Numbered from the stretch's first letter, positions 8,762-18,823 are shown. The stretch: 61,162 nucleotides of DNA from an uncultured Bdellovibrionales bacterium (GCA_938001965.1 CALLBC010000062.1:1-61162); one strand, 5' to 3'. A program made the numbers and translations. Notes: a model not told the origin generated them from the sequence alone.

Positions 8762-11563
8762 CTATTTTTTTCTAACCGCTGAAATTTCTTTTTTTGCAAT
8801 ATTAGTCATATTCCAATGGCTACCACCAGATGTAATTCCTTTACGTACTTCATTAATTTTTCCAGCATGGTTTCTAGCCCAAGAGAAGAGTTTAGCTGCA
8901 GTACTTTCTTCAGTGCTACCCTCAGCTTCTATATTAAGAAGTTCGTTGATATCAATGACCTTGTCCTTTTGAAATGAGACATACTCAATCCATGCATCAA
9001 CAAGATCGTCTGTATTTTTGGCTATTCGTGGGTCTGTGCGGTTCATAAGAGATCTAGCAGTTTTATTGTTATATCTATATATATCAACGGCTAAGAGCTC
9101 TGTGGTGTAGTTTAAGCGGTATATATTTCTATAGGCTGCTACTTCTTCATTTAAAATTAGATAAACTTGTCCACTAGAGGACAGGTCCCATGCCCCGGGT
9201 CTTACTTTTTTTATTATTAAGCTGTGTTGAACCTCTCTGTAAGATCTAGGAATATGTGTTAGTCCAAAAATTGATCTTAAGGCGGATAACCAAGTAATAC
9301 GAAACTCAACGGGGTAGTTAAAGCTCTCTTGCAGTATATCGTCAAGTTCATTGCGGTCCATGGTTGCAATTTCTTCCGTTGTTAAAGCATGATATATGTT
9401 GTTAAAGTCAATGTTACTGTTAGGCATTTTGTTATTTAAATCATCGAGCATGTCTTCTGCTACTGTATAACCTTCAATATTCTTTATGAGCTTAAGGCAA
9501 GCTCGTTGTCTTTTCTGGCGACTGTCTTTGTGGCGAGCAGTTTCAATCTCAATTTTGTTGTAATGGCTCAAGTATCTGCATAAAGGGTAGAGAACATTCC
9601 TGGTGCCATGGACAAATTTAGGGTCTCCACTTATGCCTGAAAATAATGAGCGTTGAATGCTAGCCCCAGGGGAAAGGTCTGTTTTCGTCATGGATAATGT
9701 TGCTGAAGATAAAATTCTATAGGTAGCAACATATATTGTAGGAGCAGTAATCATAAAATCAATTAGTTTTGCTGGCCCCATCATTGCTACTTTACCCAGT
9801 ATTCCAGCCACTTGCTTTGCGCTTTTTGCCATTTTTTTCTTTAGTTTCTTTCTCTTTCTCTTTTCTTTTTTGTCGTCCTCAGGACTTTCTTTATTATCTG
9901 TGTTATCTTTGCCGTGCACTTCTGTGCTCACGCCACCTAATAAGGCTTGTAAATATTTGTCTGGGTTTTTAATACTGTTTCTACTCTGTAGTTTTTGATT
10001 AACTAAGCGGCCAGCGCGGGTTGCACTGGCCGCTTTTTTTCCTTTACCGACGGCTGATTGAACAACGTTCATCCCAGAAATTAAATTGGTAAACTGTTTG
10101 GCTCTTTTAAGAGTGACAAAGTTTCTAATCAAAACACCTGTTGTATAAGACACAGTAAGGGCTCTAATGGTTTCTCTTCTAAAGTATTCATCAAATATCA
10201 CCTTTGAAGGGTCAAAATTACTTACTGCTTCATAATAGGGAAAGTCAGTTCCTGGATTATTAATGGCATTAGCTTGCTTGGCGCCAATCATATAAGAATA
10301 GAAACGATGTAATACATAAGATTGCTTCATGCCTTGATATATCAAGTAAGACATAATCACTGGCTCAACACCTAAAGTTAACACCAATTTGAATTTTGCA
10401 AAGATGATTGGTGCTTTAGTAAACATAAATTTTAAAACGTCACCATCAATAATAGTTGAAAGTGCTCCACTAATTCCAGCAGACCAAAGTGATTTACTGC
10501 TAATAATCATATGCAAGAGCTGATTAAAACCAACATCAGTAAGGTTAATTGAGCTTCCTTCTCCTTTTCTAAGACCAAAAGCAGCGGGATCTTTACTGGC
10601 CATTTTGGGTAAGCTATGGAGCAGTGCCATGTTATTTTGATGGTAATCATTGGTAGTTACAGCAGCGCCAAAGTTACCAAGCTTACTAAATAAGTTAGAC
10701 TCTAAAAGCTCAAAGTACTTTGTTGTTCTAGGGTCATCTTGAACAGCAATGGCATCTCGACGTTTATGCCCTGAGAGATCATCACCATAAAGAGTTTGTT
10801 CAGATTTTAATCCAATTAAAGCCTCTTCTTTTTCAGGTGATAGTAATCTTTTTTCAGCAGAAAAGTTAAATAGACCGGGCTTTGTTTGCGAGGCTACCTT
10901 ACGTTTTTTAAATTTTGTTAAATTACTGGCAAGTAAGTTATCTGAAATTTCATAAATAAATGCTCCATCTTTTGTGTAGCCACCAAAATTCATGGCAGAT
11001 AAAAAATCCACTACTTGTACAGCCAATAAATGGTTAGTGATTTTGTTGTAATCTTTTTTATCTTTGGTAATTTCGGCAAATAGTTTCTGCTGAATCACCG
11101 TAGAGAAGCCTTGGAACCAAATATTTTTTTGGTCATTAGATTCAGGGAGCACTGATAAATCAATTATAGCATTGTTAGTGAAGTCACTGCTTTTTAAATC
11201 TCTAGATAGGAGCTCAATGCCATTCAAAAAATTATCTGTTGTTGTATCAAATTTAAGTAAGTCTTTAATGTCCGCATTAGTTATTTCATGATTATATTTT
11301 TTCTTGATTGTAAATTTAAGCTTACTTTTATCAACTATGTTACTTCGAGATGAGAAAACTTCAATAGCGGCATTGTTATCTGGAAAAAATGGCTCTTCCT
11401 TTATTTTTTCTTGAATAACATCTTGCTCTGCTTGTTCAAGACTTTCTTCCAAAGCTTGTTCATTATTGTGGCTGTATTCTTGCTCATCAACACTGTTTTT
11501 TGTGTTAAAAAAATAAAAACATAAGCCTGCGACTAAAATAAAACTAAAAAGATACTTTTTCAT
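8762..11563 (-). CDS. Large orphan membrane-associated/exported protein (933 aa)
   Basis: Uninterrupted 2.8-kb ORF. It has an N-terminal anchor (MKKYLFSFILVAGLCFYFF), an acidic stretch, central hydrophobic helices (e.g. APIIFAKFKLVLTLGVEPVIMSYLIY) and a Lys/Glu-rich run (DDKKEKRKRKKLKKKMAKSAKQ). No catalytic motif recognised. Confidence 0.7.
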   Translation of the reverse strand: MKKYLFSFILVAGLCFYFFNTKNSVDEQEYSHNNEQALEESLEQAEQDVIQEKIKEEPFFPDNNAAIEVFSSRSNIVDKSKLKFTIKKKYNHEITNADIKDLLKFDTTTDNFLNGIELLSRDLKSSDFTNNAIIDLSVLPESNDQKNIWFQGFSTVIQQKLFAEITKDKKDYNKITNHLLAVQVVDFLSAMNFGGYTKDGAFIYEISDNLLASNLTKFKKRKVASQTKPGLFNFSAEKRLLSPEKEEALIGLKSEQTLYGDDLSGHKRRDAIAVQDDPRTTKYFELLESNLFSKLGNFGAAVTTNDYHQNNMALLHSLPKMASKDPAAFGLRKGEGSSINLTDVGFNQLLHMIISSKSLWSAGISGALSTIIDGDVLKFMFTKAPIIFAKFKLVLTLGVEPVIMSYLIYQGMKQSYVLHRFYSYMIGAKQANAINNPGTDFPYYEAVSNFDPSKVIFDEYFRRETIRALTVSYTTGVLIRNFVTLKRAKQFTNLISGMNVVQSAVGKGKKAASATRAGRLVNQKLQSRNSIKNPDKYLQALLGGVSTEVHGKDNTDNKESPEDDKKEKRKRKKLKKKMAKSAKQVAGILGKVAMMGPAKLIDFMITAPTIYVATYRILSSATLSMTKTDLSPGASIQRSLFSGISGDPKFVHGTRNVLYPLCRYLSHYNKIEIETARHKDSRQKRQRACLKLIKNIEGYTVAEDMLDDLNNKMPNSNIDFNNIYHALTTEEIATMDRNELDDILQESFNYPVEFRITWLSALRSIFGLTHIPRSYREVQHSLIIKKVRPGAWDLSSSGQVYLILNEEVAAYRNIYRLNYTTELLAVDIYRYNNKTARSLMNRTDPRIAKNTDDLVDAWIEYVSFQKDKVIDINELLNIEAEGSTEESTAAKLFSWARNHAGKINEVRKGITSGGSHWNMTNIAKKEISAVRKK

Positions 11564-11729
11564 GCCTATGTTATCGGTTTTATTAATGATAAAACTGAAT
11601 CGGATCTAAATAAAATCTTATAACTAGACTATTTTACTAGTTAGGCTGTTTTAGCTTGAGCCAAGGGGTACTTCGGGGAAAACAATGAGAGGCGTGCTAG
11701 ACTCGAGTCTTGATGGGAGGCAATGAGTT

Positions 11730-12677
11730 TTACGGTAAGATGAAGTCCTTAGTGAGTTTTTCAGATAGGTATTCATTTTTAAAGGGGTTTATGCAAAAGC
11801 CATTATGGCCGCCATATTTTGGTGTTATTAGGTTTAAATTTTTATTTTGTTTACTTTGTTCATAAGGATAGCAGTTAGTATCTAAAAATGGATCGTCAAG
11901 CGCGCTAATGATTAGTGTGGGAATGGTTATGTCCAGTAAATTTTGTTTAGAGCTGCACTTGTGGTAATAGTCATTGGCATTTTTAAAGCCATGAATGGGA
12001 GCTGTTAATAGGTTGTCAAACTGTTCAAGGTTTTTAACTTTGTTAAGTTTAGTAAGGTCATACTCAGTGAGTAGGTGTTTTTTTGCATGAACTTTTTCAA
12101 TTAAAGTTTTTAAAAAGTTTTTTGTATAAACTTTGGAGAAGCCTTTTTTAAGCTGTTTAGAGCAGTCTTTCAATTGCATGGGAGTGGAAATAGCAACAGC
12201 CTTTTTAATTTTAGTGTCCAAGTTATGGCCGGATTCTCCTAAGTGCTTTAAAATTAAATTTCCACCCATGCTAAACCCGATGAGAAAAACGCTATTGTAT
12301 TTGTTCTTGTTCTTGTTAAGAGCATGTTTTAAAACTGTATCTAAATCATAAGTACTGCCTGAGTGATAAAAGAGCTTGGTTTTATTTATTTCATCACTAC
12401 AGCCCCTGTAATTCCAGGCTAATGTGTCATAGCCTCTTTGATGAAATAAATTAACCATTCCTTGAATATAAGGACGTCTAGAGTTTCCTTCTAGGCCATG
12501 ACAAAGTACAATGAGTTTATCACTATTTGCCGCCGTCCAGTCTAAGTCTAAAAAGTCAGAATCGGGAGTGGATATTCGCTCGCGAGTAAAGGGTGTGTCA
12601 GCCACCTTCCTAAACTGGGAGGTAAAAATTGTATTAATATGGCCATTTCGAAGCCAAAACTGTGGTTTGTTGCCCAT
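11730..12677 (-). CDS. Alpha/beta hydrolase, YheT-like esterase family
   Basis: HGLEGNS oxyanion region, GFSMGGN nucleophile elbow (GxSxG), and late DDPF and GGHNGF segments. The overall layout is like E. coli YheT. Confidence 0.8.
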   Translation of the reverse strand: MGNKPQFWLRNGHINTIFTSQFRKVADTPFTRERISTPDSDFLDLDWTAANSDKLIVLCHGLEGNSRRPYIQGMVNLFHQRGYDTLAWNYRGCSDEINKTKLFYHSGSTYDLDTVLKHALNKNKNKYNSVFLIGFSMGGNLILKHLGESGHNLDTKIKKAVAISTPMQLKDCSKQLKKGFSKVYTKNFLKTLIEKVHAKKHLLTEYDLTKLNKVKNLEQFDNLLTAPIHGFKNANDYYHKCSSKQNLLDITIPTLIISALDDPFLDTNCYPYEQSKQNKNLNLITPKYGGHNGFCINPFKNEYLSEKLTKDFILP

Positions 12678-12687
12678 GGACAGTTAA

Positions 12688-13413
12688 TTAAAAATTAACA
12701 CCTAAAACAAAGGACAGTCTGTACATATCACCACTTGGGAAAATGCCTGTTGGTGTGCCGTCAGGTGTAATTTCTGAGCCTTCATCTTTAAAGCTCACTA
12801 AGCTATAAACAGCCTCGCCACCAACATAAAACTTTTTATTAGAAAGTTGGTACTCGAGACCGCCACCTAAGTTTGCACCATAGCCAGGAGTTTTATCAAA
12901 TAGAGCGTCACCAGCACTTGTGGACGCCGTCTCTCTATTCATGTAGGCAAAGCCAATGATTACATAAGGGTTAAGCTTAGCTAGGTTTCTGATAATATTT
13001 TGTGTATTAATAAAATACTTTAGGTTCATGCTAATGTCAGTGAAGTCAGAGGAGCCTTTTACAATTTTTCCACCAGCTAAAAATGCTAAATTATGATTTG
13101 AAGTGATATATTGAAGCTGAATAGCCATGCGTAAATCAAGAAAAAAGTTTAGGCCCAGGCCGTAACTAACGGCTGATTCATAAAGTTGAGACCCTAAGTT
13201 TCCAGTTAAGCCAGTGTAACCCCCAATAAAGTGTAGAGTGAATTGGCGGCCATTTTTAAAAAAGTTTACATCGGCTTCTTCGTCACCGTTATCATCATAT
13301 TCACTGTAATCAATAAATGGATCATAGGCATCATTTGCGTTGGCACTGATGGAGGTAAAGCCGGTGAAAAAACAAAGTAGTAGTGATAAAATGAGCTTTA
13401 TATGAATTGACAA
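12688..13413 (-). CDS. Outer-membrane beta-barrel protein (OmpA-like barrel/porin family)
   Basis: Signal peptide ending SISANA, alternating beta-strand pattern, Gly/Tyr-rich, C-terminal ...FVLGVNF. TTG start preceded by AGGAGGG. Confidence 0.65.
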   Translation of the reverse strand: MSIHIKLILSLLLCFFTGFTSISANANDAYDPFIDYSEYDDNGDEEADVNFFKNGRQFTLHFIGGYTGLTGNLGSQLYESAVSYGLGLNFFLDLRMAIQLQYITSNHNLAFLAGGKIVKGSSDFTDISMNLKYFINTQNIIRNLAKLNPYVIIGFAYMNRETASTSAGDALFDKTPGYGANLGGGLEYQLSNKKFYVGGEAVYSLVSFKDEGSEITPDGTPTGIFPSGDMYRLSFVLGVNF

Positions 13414-13762
13414 AATAACCCTCCTGAAGGCTTAAAAAGTACACAGTTATTTATAACAATAATAGCAGTATCGGACTATCTTGAGCCATTGATTTAAGGA
13501 CCTTGGTCGCGGAAACCTTTAAAAATGGGACATATTTTTTAGTTATTTTTACTGGGAGATTATAAGGGCTAAAATATGCAACATATTAGTGCAAAAATAT
13601 GTTTTTTTACTAATGCCTGAAGCTTCAGTATGTCACTAAAATTTGGAAATACAAACTAAGAAGTGACAAATTTTCATATAGTGTAAATTGGGTTGCTCAC
13701 TGTTATTTTCATTGGTATCAAAAGGGTGTTTAAGAGTAAATATACCCCTGGGAGCCTAAAAT

Positions 13763-14788
13763 ATGGCCATAGATTACAAAAAATCGGGTGTTGATATTGA
13801 AGCTGGAGATCAGCTTGTTGACTGGCTTAAGCAAAACCCTGCAAAAACAAATATAAATAACCCTAATATAGTGTCTGGGATAGGTGGCTTTGCCTCTCTT
13901 TTTAAGGCTGACTTTAAAGATATGGAGTCTCCATGCTTAGTGTCTTGCACTGATGGGGTGGGCACTAAAATCAAATTAGCCACACAGTTTAAGCGTTACC
14001 GCGAAGTGGCCCAGGATTTAGTGGCCATGTGTGTAAACGATATGATTTGCGCAGGGGCCAGGCCCTTATTTTTTTTAGACTACTACTCATGCGGTAAGTT
14101 AATTTTAGAGGATGCCAAGGAGTTTTTAACCGGTGTCAGGCTTGCTTGTGAAGAGTCTGATTGTGCTCTCATTGGTGGCGAGACAGCTGAAATGCCAGGT
14201 ATGTACTCAGGTGGAGATTTTGATTGCGCTGGGTTTTCTGTGGGGGTGGTTGATCAAGTCAAAGCCAAGGGTAAGTATTTAGTGGAAGACGATGATCAAT
14301 TGATAGCCCTTGCGAGTTCAGGCTTTCACAGTAATGGTTTTTCTTTATTGCGTAAATTATTTTCAGATGACCTGGAGGATTGGCAAGAGCAATTAATGAC
14401 TCCCACAGCTCTTTATGTAAAGCCCGTGTTAAAGTTATTAGACTCTGATTTAGATTATAGCATCCATGCTATGGCCCATATTACTGGTGGTGGTATTAAA
14501 AATATAGCAAGAGTGGTTCCAGATAGCACACAAATTAATATTAAGGCTTGGGATATTCCGCCAGCTTTTATGGAAGTGAAAAAAAGAAGTGGTTTGTCTT
14601 ATCCTAAGTTACTAGAGACCCTGAATTGTGGCATAGGCTATGTTTTAGTGGTTGGTGCAGATAAAGCAGATCAAGTATTACAGTTTTTTAAAACAGAAGG
14701 TGTACAAGCCTTTAATGTTGGGTCATTAACTAATGATATTTCTTTGAGTTCACCTAAATTAAATTTACCCGAGGGCTGGAATGAGTGA
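13763..14788 (+). CDS. purM: Phosphoribosylformylglycinamidine cyclo-ligase (AIR synthetase)
   Basis: YKKSGVDIEAGD start, CTDGVGTKIKLA and GGETAEMPG motifs. Confidence 0.95.
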   Translation: MAIDYKKSGVDIEAGDQLVDWLKQNPAKTNINNPNIVSGIGGFASLFKADFKDMESPCLVSCTDGVGTKIKLATQFKRYREVAQDLVAMCVNDMICAGARPLFFLDYYSCGKLILEDAKEFLTGVRLACEESDCALIGGETAEMPGMYSGGDFDCAGFSVGVVDQVKAKGKYLVEDDDQLIALASSGFHSNGFSLLRKLFSDDLEDWQEQLMTPTALYVKPVLKLLDSDLDYSIHAMAHITGGGIKNIARVVPDSTQINIKAWDIPPAFMEVKKRSGLSYPKLLETLNCGIGYVLVVGADKADQVLQFFKTEGVQAFNVGSLTNDISLSSPKLNLPEGWNE

Positions 14789-15908
14789 AGCAAAAAAACA
14801 AGTTTTAATTGTTTCTTTGTATGATCGAGGTTTTTATTTATCTAATGAGTTAGCTGAGCAAGGCCATAATGTAACTTTACTTAACCTACCTTATAAAAAT
14901 GACCAATCAGATTTTTGGTCTAATCCCTTTGGTTTTTTTAAAAACGAAGCCTTAACTTATAATCAAAAGTATTACCTAGAAGGTCCGTCAACAAGTCACC
15001 TGGAACGGGGGTTGTCTCTCTGGTTAAATGAAGGTCCTATTGATTTTAAAACAGAATTTTCAAAGCAAATCCTTGACTCCAGAGGAGCATCAAAGGATTG
15101 GGTTGAGCCATTTTCTAAAAGTATATTTTCAACCACTAATAATTTGGACAAGTTTAAAGCGAGTAAGGCGGAGACTTATAATTTTGAATTGGACTATTTA
15201 GTTAAGAACTCAAGTGTTCAGTCCATTCAGCATGAAATTAAGAACACAGAACGGCTAGGTGTTAAGCTGCTGAGTGCAAAGTTAAGTAAAATCTCAAAAA
15301 CAGAAGATAAAAAAAGTAGTGTTTTAGTTGGTGGAGAAACTTTAGTTTTTGATAAAATCATTTGTTTGTTAAGCTCCTATGAGTGCAGTTTGTTGTGTAA
15401 GGAGCTATTGGATTATGTTTACAAAGGGAGAACTCTTTACCCAGAGTGGGTTTGGTTAAACACAAAATTTGATTTTGAGCCTTGTGATCCTTTGGAGCTA
15501 ATGCCTGAGCACTTTGTGGTTCTAGATGATGTGGATACAATATGGGCCTATAAAAATTTATTATTTGTAAAAAAAGACAACTTAACAAACTCTTTAGAGG
15601 TTAGCTTTCGCTGGCCATTCAATGAAAGGGCAAACTTAAGTTATATTAATGATGAGCTAATGGAAATTAAAGAATTTTTTGAAAGTAAAATAAAGAATAT
15701 TAAATTAAAAGTGAGACCCTTAGTTGAAGAAGAGCTAGCTCCTTTTTATGTTTACGATGAGGTTGCACTTAAACAGTTTAATAATGAACTTCAAAAAAAT
15801 AAATACATTATTCCTTTTGGACCTGAGTTGTGGTTGAACTGGGATTTAATGAGTATTATGAAACAACAGTATAGCTTAACTATGGAAGGAAGATTAAATC
15901 ATGATTAA
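14781..15908 (+). CDS. Orphan protein embedded in the pur operon (375 aa); possible degenerate Rossmann-like N-terminus
   Basis: Its ATG overlaps the purM stop (ATGAGTGA) and its stop overlaps the purB ATG (ATGATTAA), 8 nt each. The N-terminus KQVLIVSLYDRGFYLSNELAEQGHNVTLLNL has beta-alpha-beta spacing but lacks GxGxxG. No PurN/PurT/PurH motifs. Confidence 0.7.
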   Translation: MSEAKKQVLIVSLYDRGFYLSNELAEQGHNVTLLNLPYKNDQSDFWSNPFGFFKNEALTYNQKYYLEGPSTSHLERGLSLWLNEGPIDFKTEFSKQILDSRGASKDWVEPFSKSIFSTTNNLDKFKASKAETYNFELDYLVKNSSVQSIQHEIKNTERLGVKLLSAKLSKISKTEDKKSSVLVGGETLVFDKIICLLSSYECSLLCKELLDYVYKGRTLYPEWVWLNTKFDFEPCDPLELMPEHFVVLDDVDTIWAYKNLLFVKKDNLTNSLEVSFRWPFNERANLSYINDELMEIKEFFESKIKNIKLKVRPLVEEELAPFYVYDEVALKQFNNELQKNKYIIPFGPELWLNWDLMSIMKQQYSLTMEGRLNHD

Positions 15909-17205
15909 AAGATACACGCGTGAAGAAATGGGAGCTGTTTGGAGCGAACAAAATAAATTTGAATCCATGAAGTCTGTGGAAGTGAGTGTAGCAAAAGTGC
16001 AAGCTAGTCTTGGTATCATCCCTAAAACAGCTGCCAAAAATATTGAAAAAAAGTCTAAGTTTAAAATTTCTGAAATTGAAAAAATAGAAAAGGTTACAAA
16101 ACATGATGTCATTGCTTTTGTAACAAATATGGCTAAGTATGTGGGTAAAGACGGGCGTTACATCCATTTTGGTTTAACCTCCTCAGATGTGATTGATACG
16201 GCCTTAAGTGTTCGTATTGCCCAGGCCGGTAAAATTATAAATAAAAGTATTTCTGGTCTTGAAAAAGCATTAAAGGCACAAATTAAAAAACATAAAAAAA
16301 CATTATGTGCTGGCCGAACCCATGGCATGCATGCTGAACCGACCACTTTTGGTTTTAAACTTTGTGGTTTTTTAGTTGAGTTAAAAAGAAATGAACAGCG
16401 ATTTAAGCAAGCCTTAGATGAAGCCCTAATTGTGAAACTCAGTGGTGCAGTGGGCACTTACTCAGCACTGTCGCCGCAAGTGGAAAAAAAGGTGGGGCAG
16501 CTATTAAAACTTAGGCCTGAGGCCATTGCCACACAGGTTGTCCCGCGTGATAGGCATGCCAACTTGTTAAATGCTCTGGCTTTAATTACCTGTGGACTAG
16601 AAAGATTATCTGTAGAGCTAAGGCATTTGCAAAGAACAGAGGTGTACGAAGTGGTTGAAGGTTTTAGTAAGGGCCAAAAAGGGTCAAGTGCAATGCCTCA
16701 CAAAAAGAACCCGATTAGTGCTGAAAATATTACCGGCGTGGCTAGGCTGTTGAGGTCTTATGCCGGAGCTAGTTTAGAAAACGTGGCTTTATGGCATGAA
16801 AGGGATATTAGTCATTCATCCGTTGAAAGAGTTATTTTTCCTGATGCATTTATTTTAGTGGATTATGCTTTGGCTCGAATGACTCGAGTGATTGCTAATT
16901 TGCAGGTGAATAAAGAACAAATGATAAAGAATATGAATATTTCTGGTGGGCAGTTATTTAGCTCACATGTTCTTTTGGCATTAGTTAAAACTGGTATGTC
17001 GAGAGAAGACGCTTATAAGCTTGTACAAAAAAATAGTCACAGTTTAAAAGTGGGTGAAAATTTAAAAGATAAACTACTAAAAGACAAAGAGGTTAAAGCC
17101 AGAGTGAGTGCAAAGGAGCTTGAAAATATATTTTCAGGCAAAACTCATTTAGTAGCCATAGAAAAAGTCATTGCAAAAACTTTAGGAGCAAAAAGTGCAA
17201 AGTAA
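15901..17205 (+). CDS. purB: Adenylosuccinate lyase
   Basis: Fumarate-lyase signature GSSAMPHKKNP, plus TSSDV and the HERDISHSS region. Confidence 0.95.
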   Translation: MIKRYTREEMGAVWSEQNKFESMKSVEVSVAKVQASLGIIPKTAAKNIEKKSKFKISEIEKIEKVTKHDVIAFVTNMAKYVGKDGRYIHFGLTSSDVIDTALSVRIAQAGKIINKSISGLEKALKAQIKKHKKTLCAGRTHGMHAEPTTFGFKLCGFLVELKRNEQRFKQALDEALIVKLSGAVGTYSALSPQVEKKVGQLLKLRPEAIATQVVPRDRHANLLNALALITCGLERLSVELRHLQRTEVYEVVEGFSKGQKGSSAMPHKKNPISAENITGVARLLRSYAGASLENVALWHERDISHSSVERVIFPDAFILVDYALARMTRVIANLQVNKEQMIKNMNISGGQLFSSHVLLALVKTGMSREDAYKLVQKNSHSLKVGENLKDKLLKDKEVKARVSAKELENIFSGKTHLVAIEKVIAKTLGAKSAK

Positions 17206-17932
17206 AAAAGGCTCATTGATATATGAGGGGAAGGCTAAAAGAATATTCTCTGTGCAAGGGGATGATAGCCTTGTGTGGATGGAGTTTAAAGATAGCTTAA
17301 CAGCCTTTAACGCTTTAAAAAAAGCGGAGATGGATGATAAGGGGATAATTAACAGAGATATTGCCACTTTTATTTTTAAATACTTAGCAAAAAACAATAT
17401 TGCGACTCATTGGCTAGAGAGCTTAGGTGATCGTGACATGGTTTGTAAAAAAGTAGAAATTATTCCGCTAGAAGTTGTGGTTAGAAACACATTGGCTGGG
17501 TCAACAGCTAAGAAGTTTGCCTTTGAAGAAGGAACAACTCTTAAAAAACCACTTGTTGAATTTTATTATAAAAAAGATGAGCTTAATGATCCATTTATTA
17601 GCGATGATCAAATTTTAGCTTTTGATATTTGTGATAGTAAAGACATATTGGAAAATTTAAAGCAACAGGCCTTACAAGTTAATGAGTTACTGTTTAACTT
17701 ATTTGATAAAATCAATATTAAGCTCATTGATTTTAAGTTGGAGTTTGGGAAGGACCCTGCCGGTAATATCATACTGAGCGATGAGATTTCACCAGACAGT
17801 TGCCGTCTGTGGGACAAAACAACTAATGAAAAAATGGATAAGGATAGGTTTAGAAGAGACCTGGGTGGAGTTATTGAAGCCTATAAAGGTATATTGGATC
17901 GATTAACAAAAGTAAAAGAAGAAGTACTTTAA
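17195..17932 (+). CDS. purC: SAICAR synthetase
   Basis: LIYEGKAKRIF N-terminus, PLEVVVRN, LIDFKLEFG, DEISPDSCRLWD. GTG start overlaps purB by 11 nt. Confidence 0.95.
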   Translation: MQSKKGSLIYEGKAKRIFSVQGDDSLVWMEFKDSLTAFNALKKAEMDDKGIINRDIATFIFKYLAKNNIATHWLESLGDRDMVCKKVEIIPLEVVVRNTLAGSTAKKFAFEEGTTLKKPLVEFYYKKDELNDPFISDDQILAFDICDSKDILENLKQQALQVNELLFNLFDKINIKLIDFKLEFGKDPAGNIILSDEISPDSCRLWDKTTNEKMDKDRFRRDLGGVIEAYKGILDRLTKVKEEVL

Positions 17933-17942
17933 GGAGCTATAA

Positions 17943-18179
17943 ATGAGAGTGGGTGTTAAAATTTTACCGAGAAAAGAAGTGTTAGACTCGCAAGGGCGTA
18001 CAGTAACTAAGACCTTACAAAGTAATAAGTTTTCTGTGAGTGATTGCAAAGTTGGTAAGTACTTAGAAATTGAAGTGGATGCCAGCACTGAGCAAGAGGC
18101 CATGGACGAAGTTAAAAAAATGGCTGAATTTGTATTGTATAACCCTCTTACTGAAAGCTATACATTAGAGGTTTTATGA
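17943..18179 (+). CDS. purS: FGAM synthase subunit PurS
   Basis: 78-aa protein with VLDSQG...L motif, sitting between purC and purQ. Confidence 0.9.
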   Translation: MRVGVKILPRKEVLDSQGRTVTKTLQSNKFSVSDCKVGKYLEIEVDASTEQEAMDEVKKMAEFVLYNPLTESYTLEVL

Positions 18180-18808
18180 AAAAAGTAGGTGTTGTTCGTT
18201 TTTTAGGGACAAACTGTGATCGAGATATTTGGCAAGCCTGTGAAGCTAAAGGTTATAGTCCTGAGTGGTTATGGTATGAAGATGGCTTTGATGTTTCAAG
18301 TTACGAAGCCGTAATTATCCCTGGTGGATTTAGCTATGGAGATTATTTGCGCTGTGGGGCGATGGCTGCAAAGTCACCGGTAATGAAATCAGTGGTGGAG
18401 TTTGCCGGAGCCGGTAAGCCTGTTTTAGGAATTTGTAATGGCTTTCAAATACTATGTGAAGTGGGACTTTTGCCAGGAGCTTTAGTAAAAAACACTAGCG
18501 GTATGTTTGTGGATAAGTGGACCGAGTTAAAAACAGAAAACCCTTGCCAGTTTTGGGGTAAATCTGTTGCCAACTCAAGATTACCCATTGCTCATGGAGA
18601 GGGTCGTTACCATATAGAGCCTGAGCAACTAGAAAAAATTAAGTCTTCTGGGCAAGTTTGGTTAACTTACAAAGACAACCCCAATGGGTCGGTGGCTGAT
18701 ATTGCCGGTGTTTTAAATGAAAATAAAAATGTAGCAGGGTTAATGCCCCATCCTGAGCGCGCCATGTTTGATTGGATGGGTGGTGATGATGGCTTTTCAT
18801 TTTTTTAA
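18176..18808 (+). CDS. purQ: FGAM synthase, glutamine amidotransferase subunit
   Basis: GICNGFQIL nucleophile motif, GGFSYGDYLR, MPHPER. ATGA overlap with purS. Confidence 0.95.
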   Translation: MKKVGVVRFLGTNCDRDIWQACEAKGYSPEWLWYEDGFDVSSYEAVIIPGGFSYGDYLRCGAMAAKSPVMKSVVEFAGAGKPVLGICNGFQILCEVGLLPGALVKNTSGMFVDKWTELKTENPCQFWGKSVANSRLPIAHGEGRYHIEPEQLEKIKSSGQVWLTYKDNPNGSVADIAGVLNENKNVAGLMPHPERAMFDWMGGDDGFSFF

Positions 18809-18823
18809 AAAGGATTAATTTTA

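Noticed and set aside
13414-13762. Purine or ZTP riboswitch upstream of purM
   Set aside because: I read the 350-nt leader on the plus strand. I could not find the purine-riboswitch junction/loop consensus or the ZTP (pfl) CCGCCTGGGC-type 3' element. A covariance-model search would be decisive.
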